A DNA stretch of 64,000 nucleotides from Erysipelotrichaceae bacterium (GTDB lineage: Bacteria; Bacillota_I; Bacilli_A; Erysipelotrichales; Erysipelotrichaceae), in contig CAXXCK010000004.1 of assembly GCA_963678045.2 (NCBI GenBank), positions 17,380 to 81,379 on the forward strand, in the 5' to 3' direction. The notes below the pieces were generated by a model. That model ran no database searches and was not told the origin of the DNA. It saw only the letters and a program-made list of their open reading frames with translations. The stretch's first letter is position 1. Every line of letters begins with the position of its first letter. Positions 1 to 8,255 of this stretch are shown piece after piece. Made by a program: the position numbers and the translations under genes.

Positions 1-652
1 TGCGATATCCTTCAGGATCCAGCTCTTTACGGCGCATCATACGTCTGTGGTAAGCCTCATCGATAAAGCGATTATCCATGTATGTGGAGTGATGAGTCAG
101 AACATCCGGGTCCTGGCGATCAAAGAACGCTTTCTTGATCCAGTGTTCTTTATTAACTGGGTTGAACGTGATCTTCAGCTGATAGAAAAGACCGTCTGGT
201 AAAGCACCACGTAGACGGTCATCAAGTATTTCAAAGTTTTGTTTTGTCAGCTCGGTTCCTTCTTCACACCAGATATCCGTGATCGATCCGTTCTCAACCG
301 TGATCGACTTCAGCTTCTCCATTTCCTTTTCGCTGTTCATACCGCGAAACAAGATGCTGTTGCCATTCACGCAGCGGATCCTCAAAGGATTGGATGTTGC
401 TATAAAGTACTTTCCTAAGCCAAGCTTATTGATTGCCTTGACCATTTCGGCAAAGGTACTGTCTCTGTTGGTTACTTCTGCTTTCCTCACACACAGAAGG
501 TTTCTGCCCTTCTCAGAGAGGATTCTAAGAACATATTGCTGTGCTGTATCAACAGACTTTCCTGATCCGGCTGATCCTTTCATAATTACATACCGATGCT
601 TGCTTTTATGCACCGGTTTGAAGATTTGGTTTGACCTGACGACAACGTTCAT
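1..652 (-). CDS. terL: Terminase large subunit, N-terminal part (PBSX/Terminase_3-like). Continues beyond the window.
   Basis: My own translation of the minus strand from ATG 652..650 gives MNVVVRSNQIFKPVHKSKHRYVIMKGSAGSGKSVDTAQQYVL... with a Walker A motif (GSAGSGKS). The frame is open to position 1. The ATG overlaps the terS stop (ATGA). This ORF is not in the supplied track because it has no stop inside the window. Confidence 0.85.
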   Translation of the reverse strand, partial: MNVVVRSNQIFKPVHKSKHRYVIMKGSAGSGKSVDTAQQYVLRILSEKGRNLLCVRKAEVTNRDSTFAEMVKAINKLGLGKYFIATSNPLRIRCVNGNSILFRGMNSEKEMEKLKSITVENGSITDIWCEEGTELTKQNFEILDDRLRGALPDGLFYQLKITFNPVNKEHWIKKAFFDRQDPDVLTHHSTYMDNRFIDEAYHRRMMRRKELDPEGYR

Positions 653-1101
653 TTGTCATCATCCTCTTCCCCGTAGTCGATTGCTATATTCAGCTGCATT
701 TCGACTTTCTCTTCAACCTTGTCTGTGTACATCCCAAGATGCTTTCCGAGAAGTTCCAGGGCTTTTGTAGCACCCTTAGAATCGAATGTATATTCACCTG
801 ACTCAATCATTCTCTTTTCTTCAGAATCCCAGCGCATGACCGGCTCAGGTTCTTTCGATTTCTTCACGACATCAACTAGCTGTTGGATCACCCAATCGGC
901 AGTTATTGCCAGTCTTTCGGTCTGTTCCTTCTGCAGTTCTTTTATACGCGCGAGGACCTTAGGATTCCTTAAGAGGTCGCTTGCTTGTACATGAGCTGTC
1001 TTCATACTGTATCCAGCCCTTATTGCTGCCTGAGTACCTATGTAGTCAATAGTGTACTCACGACAGAATAGTTCATGTCTATTATTTAGTTTAGCCTTCA
1101 T
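649..1101 (-). CDS. terS: Terminase small subunit
   Basis: KLNNRHELFCREYTIDYIGTQAAIRAGYSMKTAHVQASDLLRNPKVLARIKEL matches the conserved N-terminal HTH of Firmicute phage small terminases. I moved the start to ATG 1101, which has a GGAGG 5 nt upstream, instead of the track start 1125. Confidence 0.8.
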   Translation of the reverse strand: MKAKLNNRHELFCREYTIDYIGTQAAIRAGYSMKTAHVQASDLLRNPKVLARIKELQKEQTERLAITADWVIQQLVDVVKKSKEPEPVMRWDSEEKRMIESGEYTFDSKGATKALELLGKHLGMYTDKVEEKVEMQLNIAIDYGEEDDDK

Positions 1102-1111
1102 TTTAACCTCC

Positions 1112-1137
1112 AAACAAAAAAGCACTTATTGTGCTTT
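1112..1137 (-). terminator. Rho-independent terminator after ORF 1136..1729, immediately upstream of the terS RBS
   Basis: Stem AAGCAC (1120..1125) pairs with GTGCTT (1131..1136) around loop TTATT. On the minus strand it is followed by TTTTGTTTG. Confidence 0.5.
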
Positions 1138-1729
1138 ATTTTACCGAATCCCATCTGATCAGTGCTTCGCTTTTCTTCTTATCTGTTCTAATATCGAGTT
1201 CTTTTCTCTTTAAATCAATTAAAGCTACAAAATATTTCTCAATATCTTTTAGAATATCTTTTGTTGATATCGAAATTGGGTTGTTAACCGGTCCACGCAT
1301 AGAATAATCGAATTTCATCGACTTCTCTCTAAAGTATCCAGCAAGTTGACTCAAATGAGTAAAATACTCATTTATAAAATACAGATCAATATCATAACGA
1401 CCAGTACTCCTTGATACTTCACTATGATCTTTTGTTAATCGAGTTTCTTCAAAAAACATATTCACAAGATCGTTTAGGTCTGTGCCAACTAGTTTTTCCT
1501 TGAGAGACTTTAGCTCTCTTTTGAGATCCAATATCTCACTATCACTTAATTTGATCAGTTTATCAGCGTTTTTCTGAATAGTATCATTTATTGCATTATC
1601 AATCACTTCTGAAGTAGTAGGCTTTAGGCTTAACACTAAGTTCTTTACACTTTGATTAAGTAATAATCTTATCTCATCTTGTTTTCGAATTGTTTCCGAT
1701 ATTTCCTTATCATAATCAACTGTGCTCAT
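1136..1729 (-). CDS. Hypothetical 197-aa charged, coiled-coil-like protein (prophage cargo)
   Basis: Long ORF with RBS AAAGGGG upstream of ATG 1729. The product is K/E/D/L-rich with heptad-like stretches. I recognise no family. The DNA is AT-rich. Confidence 0.6.
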   Translation of the reverse strand: MSTVDYDKEISETIRKQDEIRLLLNQSVKNLVLSLKPTTSEVIDNAINDTIQKNADKLIKLSDSEILDLKRELKSLKEKLVGTDLNDLVNMFFEETRLTKDHSEVSRSTGRYDIDLYFINEYFTHLSQLAGYFREKSMKFDYSMRGPVNNPISISTKDILKDIEKYFVALIDLKRKELDIRTDKKKSEALIRWDSVK

Positions 1730-1777
1730 TTTTTAACCCCTTTTTAAGATTATTATACATCTATTGCCAGAACATTA

Positions 1778-1806
1778 AAGCCCAACTTGTATGTTGGGCT
1801 TTTTGG
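1778..1806 (-). terminator. Stem-loop terminator between the two cargo genes; looks bidirectional
   Basis: AAAGCCCAAC (1778..1787) pairs with GTTGGGCTTT (1794..1803) around a 6-nt loop, with T/A runs on both sides. Confidence 0.55.
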
Positions 1807-1902
1807 GTGTATCACTCATTAATTGGGTGGGGGATTGAATGATACATTAGCATAATACCACACAAACTTATGCCACATGGGGCAAATAATTCCTATAACA
1901 AG

Positions 1903-2718
1903 TCAAAGTCTCATATCACTTTTAAATTCTTCAACAGATTTCCTCCATTTCAAGAAGTCATTCAAGAACGATTCATATAAAAGGGAGATTATGCTTGCTT
2001 GCATTAGGTAATTAATGCTTAGCTTTGTTATTGATATGTATAATCCTACAATCGTTACAACCAACCGAGTGAACTTTATTAAAGTGGAAACTGCAAAATC
2101 ACTAACAGAGGGTAAAACTCTAATATAGAAAGTATCATCCAGTAGCGTCTGAATCTTTTCTACAGTAATCCAGAACATAAACTCAATGGAAAGGCATACA
2201 GTTACTTTCAAATCAATTCCTAGATTAAATAGTCCAAGCGTATTGTATGGAATAATCCATACTGAGTAAGCCAAAATTGGTAGGAATGTTATTCCGAATT
2301 TTCTATATGATCTCCAGGTGAAAGTCTCAACATCCAGACCATACCAATCCATGTTGTCATATGCCATGATCACTACACTTAACGTGATAAATTTAAAGAC
2401 CCACATTATTAGCAGAATTATCGATGTATATACAAGATTATCTTTCACTAAATACAAAATTAGACCGTCAATAATCCATGTGATTGGATAAGCCAGAGAT
2501 AGAACCCATATAGTTACGAAGAAAGCCATGCCTAAAGCATCTAGTACACTTTCAATTAATCTAGAAAAAAATGTAATCAAATGCATCAATCCTTTCATAA
2601 TGTCTCCAAGTATTCGCTTTGATAAGTTAAATGTATTGATGATTATGTTAAAAGTCTTGACAATTATTTCTTTCAAAGAACACATTATCAACTCCGAAAC
2701 AACTCGAACATTTTTCAT
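1903..2718 (-). CDS. Hypothetical polytopic membrane protein, 271 aa (prophage cargo)
   Basis: The sequence is almost entirely hydrophobic helices (FFVTIWVLSLAYPITWIIDGLILYL, TSIILLIMWVFKFITLSVVIMAY, ITFLPILAYSVWIIPYNTLGLF and others). The region is very AT-rich. The start codon is uncertain because the RBS is weak. Confidence 0.6.
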   Translation of the reverse strand: MKNVRVVSELIMCSLKEIIVKTFNIIINTFNLSKRILGDIMKGLMHLITFFSRLIESVLDALGMAFFVTIWVLSLAYPITWIIDGLILYLVKDNLVYTSIILLIMWVFKFITLSVVIMAYDNMDWYGLDVETFTWRSYRKFGITFLPILAYSVWIIPYNTLGLFNLGIDLKVTVCLSIEFMFWITVEKIQTLLDDTFYIRVLPSVSDFAVSTLIKFTRLVVTIVGLYISITKLSINYLMQASIISLLYESFLNDFLKWRKSVEEFKSDMRL

Positions 2719-2761
2719 ATATTTCTATGATCCTAACTACATTTTATTGTATCTTATTCTT

Positions 2762-3196
2762 TCAATCATTTGCATTATACTTTCCCCCTTTGCTCGTTTT
2801 ATCAACTATTGAATAGTCGATTTTCCTCCAAATCGTCTTTCGATCAAAATGATATTTTGTTTCCATTTCATATATCCCAATTTTGTTGATGTACTTATCG
2901 ATCACAATGCTTCTAATCGGCTCCTCTGGCGCGTCCTCCAATGAATCTATGAAATTCGATACCAAGAAAACATTTCTTTGATTGTACTCCAACTCCTTCT
3001 CGAGTATCGTTAATCGTTCAAGATTATCATAAATCACCTCCTCCCTCTTCTTTGGATTCTCAGGAATCCTTGCTATGCTCCTACCGGCTTTGAATCTCTT
3101 TGTGTCGAGATCCTCAAGCTCAAGTTTTATTCGTTCAACCGAAGCTACGAAGTGTTCATAGTTCTCAAGTGCAATTTTTAGATCCTTTGCCTCCAT
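2762..3196 (-). CDS. Putative late-gene transcriptional activator (RinA/ArpU/DUF1492-like, sigma region-4-like C-terminus)
   Basis: It sits last in the early operon before the packaging genes. The C-terminus IRSIVIDKYINKIGIYEMETKYHFDRKTIWRKIDYSI resembles a region-4 HTH. The start was moved to ATG 3196, which has GAGGTGGTGAGG upstream. Confidence 0.45.
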   Translation of the reverse strand: MEAKDLKIALENYEHFVASVERIKLELEDLDTKRFKAGRSIARIPENPKKREEVIYDNLERLTILEKELEYNQRNVFLVSNFIDSLEDAPEEPIRSIVIDKYINKIGIYEMETKYHFDRKTIWRKIDYSIVDKTSKGGKYNAND

Positions 3197-3206
3197 CCTC
3201 ACCACC

Positions 3207-3644
3207 TCAGAACGGCAGATCATCTGGATCTATATCCAGCAATGTCTGCCCTGTTTCAAATAGCATTTCTTCTATTGATACCTCTATCTCTGATTCATAC
3301 CGGTTACAATCCTGAATGATAGCCGGTGATTGCGATTCATCTGATGCAAACTTCTCTTCATGCTGAATTTCGGTTTGTTTCGTTTTGGGAGATTTCGAGA
3401 GCCTGACGATTGCGAAGATCATTACCTGGAGCGCCCCTTCGTACCGGCTTAGGCCAACACCGGTGATCTTATCGATTGAGATTTCGTCGCCGTCTTTAAG
3501 AACAATTGAATTCGTAGCACAGACCCTCGCGTAGTTCTTCTCATCAGGTTTTTCTTTGTTGTAGTCACGAATCCCGAAGGTTGTCTTGCCCCCATTACTT
3601 GCCTTGACGTAGTTGATCCGGTACGAGTTTAATAGGTTGATCAC
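3207..3644 (-). CDS. ssb: Divergent single-stranded DNA-binding protein
   Basis: The C-terminal tail ...DIDPDDLPF matches the canonical acidic SSB tip (DDD-I/L-PF). It is preceded by a disordered acidic linker. The N-terminal ~95 aa could be an OB fold but is not a canonical SSB sequence. Confidence 0.5.
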   Translation of the reverse strand: MINLLNSYRINYVKASNGGKTTFGIRDYNKEKPDEKNYARVCATNSIVLKDGDEISIDKITGVGLSRYEGALQVMIFAIVRLSKSPKTKQTEIQHEEKFASDESQSPAIIQDCNRYESEIEVSIEEMLFETGQTLLDIDPDDLPF

Positions 3645-3838
3645 TTTGCACCTTCAAGCCACTTGATGCACTCTTCTCTATTGTCAAACTCTTCAGTCCA
3701 GGCATTGCCGTTGCAGTTGTCAATTCCAATGTATGATCCTGTTACATCCTGGACCCAGAACTTTCCGTATGGATTTCGCTTACTGATGATATTTTTTGCT
3801 TGTGCTCTTCCTACTTCTTGGACTTCTGGATTAGTCAT
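3641..3838 (-). CDS. Hypothetical small phage protein
   Basis: ORF in the operon frame. ATG 3838 has AGGGGAG upstream, and the track start 3862 is also possible. It is stop/start coupled to its neighbours. Confidence 0.5.
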   Translation of the reverse strand: MTNPEVQEVGRAQAKNIISKRNPYGKFWVQDVTGSYIGIDNCNGNAWTEEFDNREECIKWLEGAK

Positions 3839-4019
3839 GATCTCCCCTTTCAACGATTTCAATGATGTCTAAGACAACCTTTGCCTTATGATTGTTTTCC
3901 TGGATGTATGTCTGGGATCCTCCATGCTGTAGAGCTCCCAGTGCCAACATCTCATGTTCAAGCTTGTGCTCATTTAACCATTTCAGCATTTCCTCTTTTG
4001 TCGATTTCAGTCCCTTCAT
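3831..4019 (-). CDS. Hypothetical small phage protein (62 aa)
   Basis: ORF with GGAGGAAA RBS before ATG 4019, packed tightly in the operon. Confidence 0.5.
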   Translation of the reverse strand: MKGLKSTKEEMLKWLNEHKLEHEMLALGALQHGGSQTYIQENNHKAKVVLDIIEIVERGDHD

Positions 4020-4040
4020 TTTTCCTCCTTAACTGGGCTA

Positions 4041-4667
4041 TTATCCAATACGTTTAAATCCCTCACGTCTCAATCCGTCGTGTAAACGAATGATACGAAC
4101 TTCTTCTTCGGTGAGCGGTTCCGTAAATGGCTTAAGAGCAATTTGTCTAAAAGCTTCTTCGATGCTTAAGCCTGAATATCTGGCTTCAGTGCCTTCGCGC
4201 GCTTCAGCATCATAAGTATTTTCTTTATTCTCTTCATTCTTCTTATTCTTTTCATTCTTATCATTCTTGTTTGTTGTCGTTTGTTTGTCGTTTGTTTGTC
4301 GTTCGCTTGTCACTCGATTGCCGTTTTGTGTGTCGCTTTGCTTGTCTTCAAGTTCTTCCTGACTCTGATAATCTCGCCATTTTACAACGAATATTTGCGT
4401 AAATCTGTTTGTCGTTTTGCTTGTCAACTCGCTTGTCGATTTTAGCCTTTCAAGTGATGTTCTGATAGACCTTACTGACAACCCGGTTTCTTTACTTAAC
4501 TTACCTACGCTTGTAACAAACGACCCTGCTTCTATGACAATTCCACGCCATTTTGCCGGCTTATGATTTGCTTTTATAAGGCAATGCAGAAACAATTTGC
4601 TGGTATTAACATCGGTATACCACTCCCATGATTCGATCGATCTGAACAGTTTTACATAGCCAGCCAT
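4041..4667 (-). CDS. Phage replication initiator / replisome organizer-like protein
   Basis: The N-terminus YVKLFRSIESWEWYTDVNTSKLFLHCLIKANHKPAKWRG...GSFVTSVGKLSKETGLSVRSIRTSLERL is a typical winged-helix replisome-organizer domain. A low-complexity N/K/T/D linker is encoded by the iteron array. Confidence 0.55.
   Translation of the reverse strand: MAGYVKLFRSIESWEWYTDVNTSKLFLHCLIKANHKPAKWRGIVIEAGSFVTSVGKLSKETGLSVRSIRTSLERLKSTSELTSKTTNRFTQIFVVKWRDYQSQEELEDKQSDTQNGNRVTSERQTNDKQTTTNKNDKNEKNKKNEENKENTYDAEAREGTEARYSGLSIEEAFRQIALKPFTEPLTEEEVRIIRLHDGLRREGFKRIG
4269..4438. repeat. Iteron-like array; candidate phage origin inside the initiator gene
   Basis: Four tandem 11-bp units (consensus TTTGTTTGTCG) lie at 4269..4312. 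More same-orientation TTGTC(G)/GCTTGTC copies occur at 4331, 4340, 4407, 4419 and 4431. Confidence 0.5.
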
Positions 4668-4674
4668 AGGTCAC

Positions 4675-5406
4675 CTAGAACGGTTCCTTTCTCAGATCAT
4701 AGACTTGACCCGGGAGTGCAGCTGATGTTTTTATACCAGTTTGTTCACTGATTTCACGGACCATTCTTGCCTCATTTGAGTTGCTGTCAGATAGGTGAAT
4801 CAGGATGATTTCCTTTGTTTTATTCAGGTCACACAGCCTCAGAAATCGCTTAGTTGTGTCCAAATGCATGTGGTAGAGAGACGTTGTTTTCCTGCCATTT
4901 ATATTGTTTTGGTTTGCGATCTCTTCGATGTTGTTACACTCGATCATGATATAGTCAATGTTCACAAACCGGTATTCCAGATATGCGCTGTCAGTGATGA
5001 ACAGAAGCGTCTCATCGGTCTGACGATCAATGATCATGAACCCTAACGGATTTGAGGCGTTATGGACGACGTTAAACGGATAGACGAGTATTTGCTTATT
5101 GAAGTCTTCAATTAGGCCAATAGTCAAAGGATGCGTCTTTCCCGGCTTCTTAATGCTGATTGCTTCGAGAGTTTCCTTCATTGAATAAAGGGTGATTCCG
5201 ACTTCGACATACTCTTTGGCGAACCTGCAATGATCACCATGTTCATGGGTGATAAAACATCCTAGAATGTCATCCCACCTTGATGGGAACGCCTCAATGA
5301 ATTTCTTAAGAGGCGTTCCACATTCAAGCAACAATATCTTTCCGTTATCGAATTCAAGCGCGTAACCGTTACCGGTAGATGAACTTCCGAAGACGGTTAA
5401 TTTCAT
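4675..5406 (-). CDS. MBL-fold metallo-hydrolase (phage recombination-associated nuclease)
   Basis: Has the HEHGDH motif (ITHEHGDHCRF) and sits directly downstream of RecT. Confidence 0.8.
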   Translation of the reverse strand: MKLTVFGSSSTGNGYALEFDNGKILLLECGTPLKKFIEAFPSRWDDILGCFITHEHGDHCRFAKEYVEVGITLYSMKETLEAISIKKPGKTHPLTIGLIEDFNKQILVYPFNVVHNASNPLGFMIIDRQTDETLLFITDSAYLEYRFVNIDYIMIECNNIEEIANQNNINGRKTTSLYHMHLDTTKRFLRLCDLNKTKEIILIHLSDSNSNEARMVREISEQTGIKTSAALPGQVYDLRKEPF

Positions 5407-5408
5407 CT

Positions 5409-6284
5409 TTAGAACGGATCAGCCGGGCTTTCTTGCTCGGGCTTATGCTCTTCTACCGGTTCTGGGGAGATCGTTTTTGAGAAGGCAGTTTCTGGGATCA
5501 CCAGGGTTGGTTTCTCATCTTCGTCATCCTCATCATCAGAAAAATATCCAGATTCATTGAATGCTTTGACAAGGATAGGAGCATCGCTTGAAGAGTTGAT
5601 CAGCATCTTGAGGCCTCTGTTGATTACCGTCCTCATTGCCATTTGATCCGGGAATTCAGCATGAACCAATTGCTGCTTTGACTTCGATTTGTTCCATGCA
5701 GCGAGGATCTGTGAACGATCCATGATTTCCCATTTCTGCTCACCATTCTTTAGGCTTACGATGCAATATGCACCGAGAAGATTTTCTTTGGTGATGATCC
5801 GTTTGAATCGGTCTTTGCGGACGTGCGAGACTACTCGTTCCTCACCGTTAATGATTTCGGTGACAACTTCATCCCCTTCAGTAACACATTGAGCTTGTAC
5901 ACTTACGACATTGGCGAATCGTTTTGCTACCGCTGTTGTGCCAAAGTATGAACGCTGAAACGCAAGCTGCTTTCCATAGACGATGAAATACCCTTGGTTC
6001 TTATCAACGGACAATCCTTGAATGATCATATTGCGGATCGCCTTAACGATACTTCCCTGATCACATACAGCCAGAGCCGGTTGATGGTTCATATCCTCAA
6101 TGGTCAGAAGCTTTAGGTATGCTGACTGAATCGCATTCCCAACGGCGTAATCATCAGGCAAGACAAGATTACTTTCTGAGATCAGTTTCTCGATATCTTG
6201 CTTTGCATATTCGGTAATGGACAGTGCCTTTTTAGCGCCTTCTGTCGGTTTGGTAACTGCTGGAGTTTGTGTTTGTTGTGTCAT
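5409..6284 (-). CDS. recT: RecT-family single-strand annealing protein
   Basis: The core ALAVCDQGSIVKAIRNMIIQGLSVDKNQGYFIVYGKQLAFQRSYFGTTAVAKR fits the RecT pattern, and the tail is acidic. Confidence 0.75.
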   Translation of the reverse strand: MTQQTQTPAVTKPTEGAKKALSITEYAKQDIEKLISESNLVLPDDYAVGNAIQSAYLKLLTIEDMNHQPALAVCDQGSIVKAIRNMIIQGLSVDKNQGYFIVYGKQLAFQRSYFGTTAVAKRFANVVSVQAQCVTEGDEVVTEIINGEERVVSHVRKDRFKRIITKENLLGAYCIVSLKNGEQKWEIMDRSQILAAWNKSKSKQQLVHAEFPDQMAMRTVINRGLKMLINSSSDAPILVKAFNESGYFSDDEDDEDEKPTLVIPETAFSKTISPEPVEEHKPEQESPADPF

Positions 6285-6296
6285 TTTGTCCTCCTT

Positions 6297-8255
6297 TTAT
6301 GACTGTTTTAAACTTGAATAGCGATCATCCGCATACATACTGATGGTTTGCGAGATCATCGGAACCGGTAAGGTCAGTGACTCTCTGTTGTCAATCAGAA
6401 CCGGAGCCTGGGTATCGTAAACAACTTGGAAACATTTAATGATGTCACAACCAGTGAAGATTCTCTCACCGGTAGATTGAGCGTCATAGGGCTTTCCATC
6501 CAGCAGCGGATCACAGACTTGCTGATATCCTCCGTTGACTTGTTGTTTGAATAGGCGCCATTTGATCCGGCCGAAGTGTGAGCTCAGCTGCTGCTCGATG
6601 ACTTCGTTCTTATCTCTTTCAAACTGTTCACACTGGAACACCAGCGTTTTATACCGGTTCTTTTCAGATACCAACACCGACTCAATTTTGGTAAGTTCAT
6701 CAATTCGAGCTAGTGTTTCTTTCTGTGCATTCAAGGCTCCAAGACGTTGATTGTTGTCACTGATCAAGGCTTGAAGTTCCAGTTTGCGAATCGATTTTCC
6801 AACGTCTTCTGTATTGTTTGACAAGGCAAAGTAGTATGAGTCAACAGTAGATTTTAATGCGGAGATCTCTTTCTGAAGTTCATCAACTTTTGCCTGATCC
6901 ACGAAGTCAGCCGGGGTCATCAGTGAAACATCCGGGAGTGCCGACAGCTTCATCCGCAACTCATCGATCTCTTTTTCAAGATCATCAATGCGTTTTTTGT
7001 TCGTGATCTGTGTAGCTTTATAAGCATCAATGCGTTGCGCAATCTCTTTACCATCAGCGATCGTTTCATTCATGCTCATTGCACGATTTTGCTCAAAATT
7101 GAGTTTATCGTCCGCCAGTAACTTGTCGATATTCAGATCTGGGAGTGACTGATGACAGACTGGACAATTGGTTTCGACAATCGGTGCGATCCAAGTGTCG
7201 TTCTTGATTCTTCCGTATTTGGCTAGCAAATCAGCCTTCTTGTATCCGAGTTGAACGATGTTTCGTTCATCGCTTTCAATGTCATTTTTAAGCAAAGTAA
7301 TCTTGCTCTCGAGACTGGCAATACGGTACTCATGGTCCTGTTTGATACTGGCCGTTTCTGAGCGTTTTGAGGAGTATTCATCGTTTGCCTTGTCAACAAT
7401 CGCCTTGTGAAGTAAGGTCTTTTCGTAGTGTAGGCGTTCGGCATCAATGATGTTTTGCGGCTTCTCTGATGGCCTCGTTTCAGTGAGTTGCGACAACTCT
7501 TTTGAATAACCATTGATCAGAGATTTAAGCGTTAATTCATCCGGGAGTTCCTTTATCGTTCGTTTAAGTTCATCGATCTGATAAGGCAAACGGTCGATTT
7601 CATCCTGGTTTTGTTTTGCCTTCTGTTTCATGGTTTCGAAGAGTTGGCCAAAGGTTTTGTTTTGATTTAGGTCCTTCTTCCATTCAGCATCCAGGATGAA
7701 GTATTCACTTTTATTCCGGATCGAGTTTTCGATATCGGATTCATTCCCAACCAATCGTAGTAGAATCTCGCGACGCTTTTTATAGTCGATCTGAGTCATG
7801 AAGTACATAGGATTTGTCAAAAGTTTGAAAGACTCTTCATCAACAATGTCACTGACTGCTGCATCGTATTCTTTTGTCTTAAGCTTTGATTCGTTGTAAT
7901 ACAGAGACTGAACGTTTCCCTCCATGACCGGATCAGTAGATCCGCGTTTTGTTACCCAGTCTTCCTCTTGTAATCTACGGAATATATGATGAATTCCGTT
8001 GATGCTCAGATCTAGACTTACATCAACGATGATGTTGTGAATGTCATTGCCCATCGCATCTTTGCGCTTGACTGGGAAGTCTTTAGCGCCGTTGGAATCT
8101 TTGTTAAATAACACCCACCAGACAGCATCAGCAATTGTTGTCTTACCGGTACCATTGGCTCCTCTCAATGAGGTCATGGAATCAAATATGATGGTTTGCT
8201 TTTCTATTCCCTTGAAGTTGGAAATCTCAAGTTTATTGAATTCAATCGTTTTCAT
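6297..8255 (-). CDS. Rad50/SbcC-like AAA ATPase with coiled coil and CxxC hook
   Basis: N-terminal Walker A (GANGTGKTT), long coiled-coil middle with CPVCHQ, and C-terminal signature plus Walker B (STGERIFTGCDII...APVLIDNRESL). Confidence 0.75.
   Translation of the reverse strand: MKTIEFNKLEISNFKGIEKQTIIFDSMTSLRGANGTGKTTIADAVWWVLFNKDSNGAKDFPVKRKDAMGNDIHNIIVDVSLDLSINGIHHIFRRLQEEDWVTKRGSTDPVMEGNVQSLYYNESKLKTKEYDAAVSDIVDEESFKLLTNPMYFMTQIDYKKRREILLRLVGNESDIENSIRNKSEYFILDAEWKKDLNQNKTFGQLFETMKQKAKQNQDEIDRLPYQIDELKRTIKELPDELTLKSLINGYSKELSQLTETRPSEKPQNIIDAERLHYEKTLLHKAIVDKANDEYSSKRSETASIKQDHEYRIASLESKITLLKNDIESDERNIVQLGYKKADLLAKYGRIKNDTWIAPIVETNCPVCHQSLPDLNIDKLLADDKLNFEQNRAMSMNETIADGKEIAQRIDAYKATQITNKKRIDDLEKEIDELRMKLSALPDVSLMTPADFVDQAKVDELQKEISALKSTVDSYYFALSNNTEDVGKSIRKLELQALISDNNQRLGALNAQKETLARIDELTKIESVLVSEKNRYKTLVFQCEQFERDKNEVIEQQLSSHFGRIKWRLFKQQVNGGYQQVCDPLLDGKPYDAQSTGERIFTGCDIIKCFQVVYDTQAPVLIDNRESLTLPVPMISQTISMYADDRYSSLKQS

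Noticed and set aside
279-994. Plus-strand ORFs 279..770 (163 aa) and 719..994 (91 aa)
   Set aside because: They are antisense shadows of terL and terS. The products are low-complexity and lack an RBS. The minus-strand frames carry clear terminase motifs.
6297-8255. The SMC/Rad50-like ATPase as a Lamassu-type or other SMC-based defence component
   Set aside because: It sits in the phage early operon directly upstream of RecT and an MBL nuclease. That is a recombination/replication context, and no effector-type partner is present.
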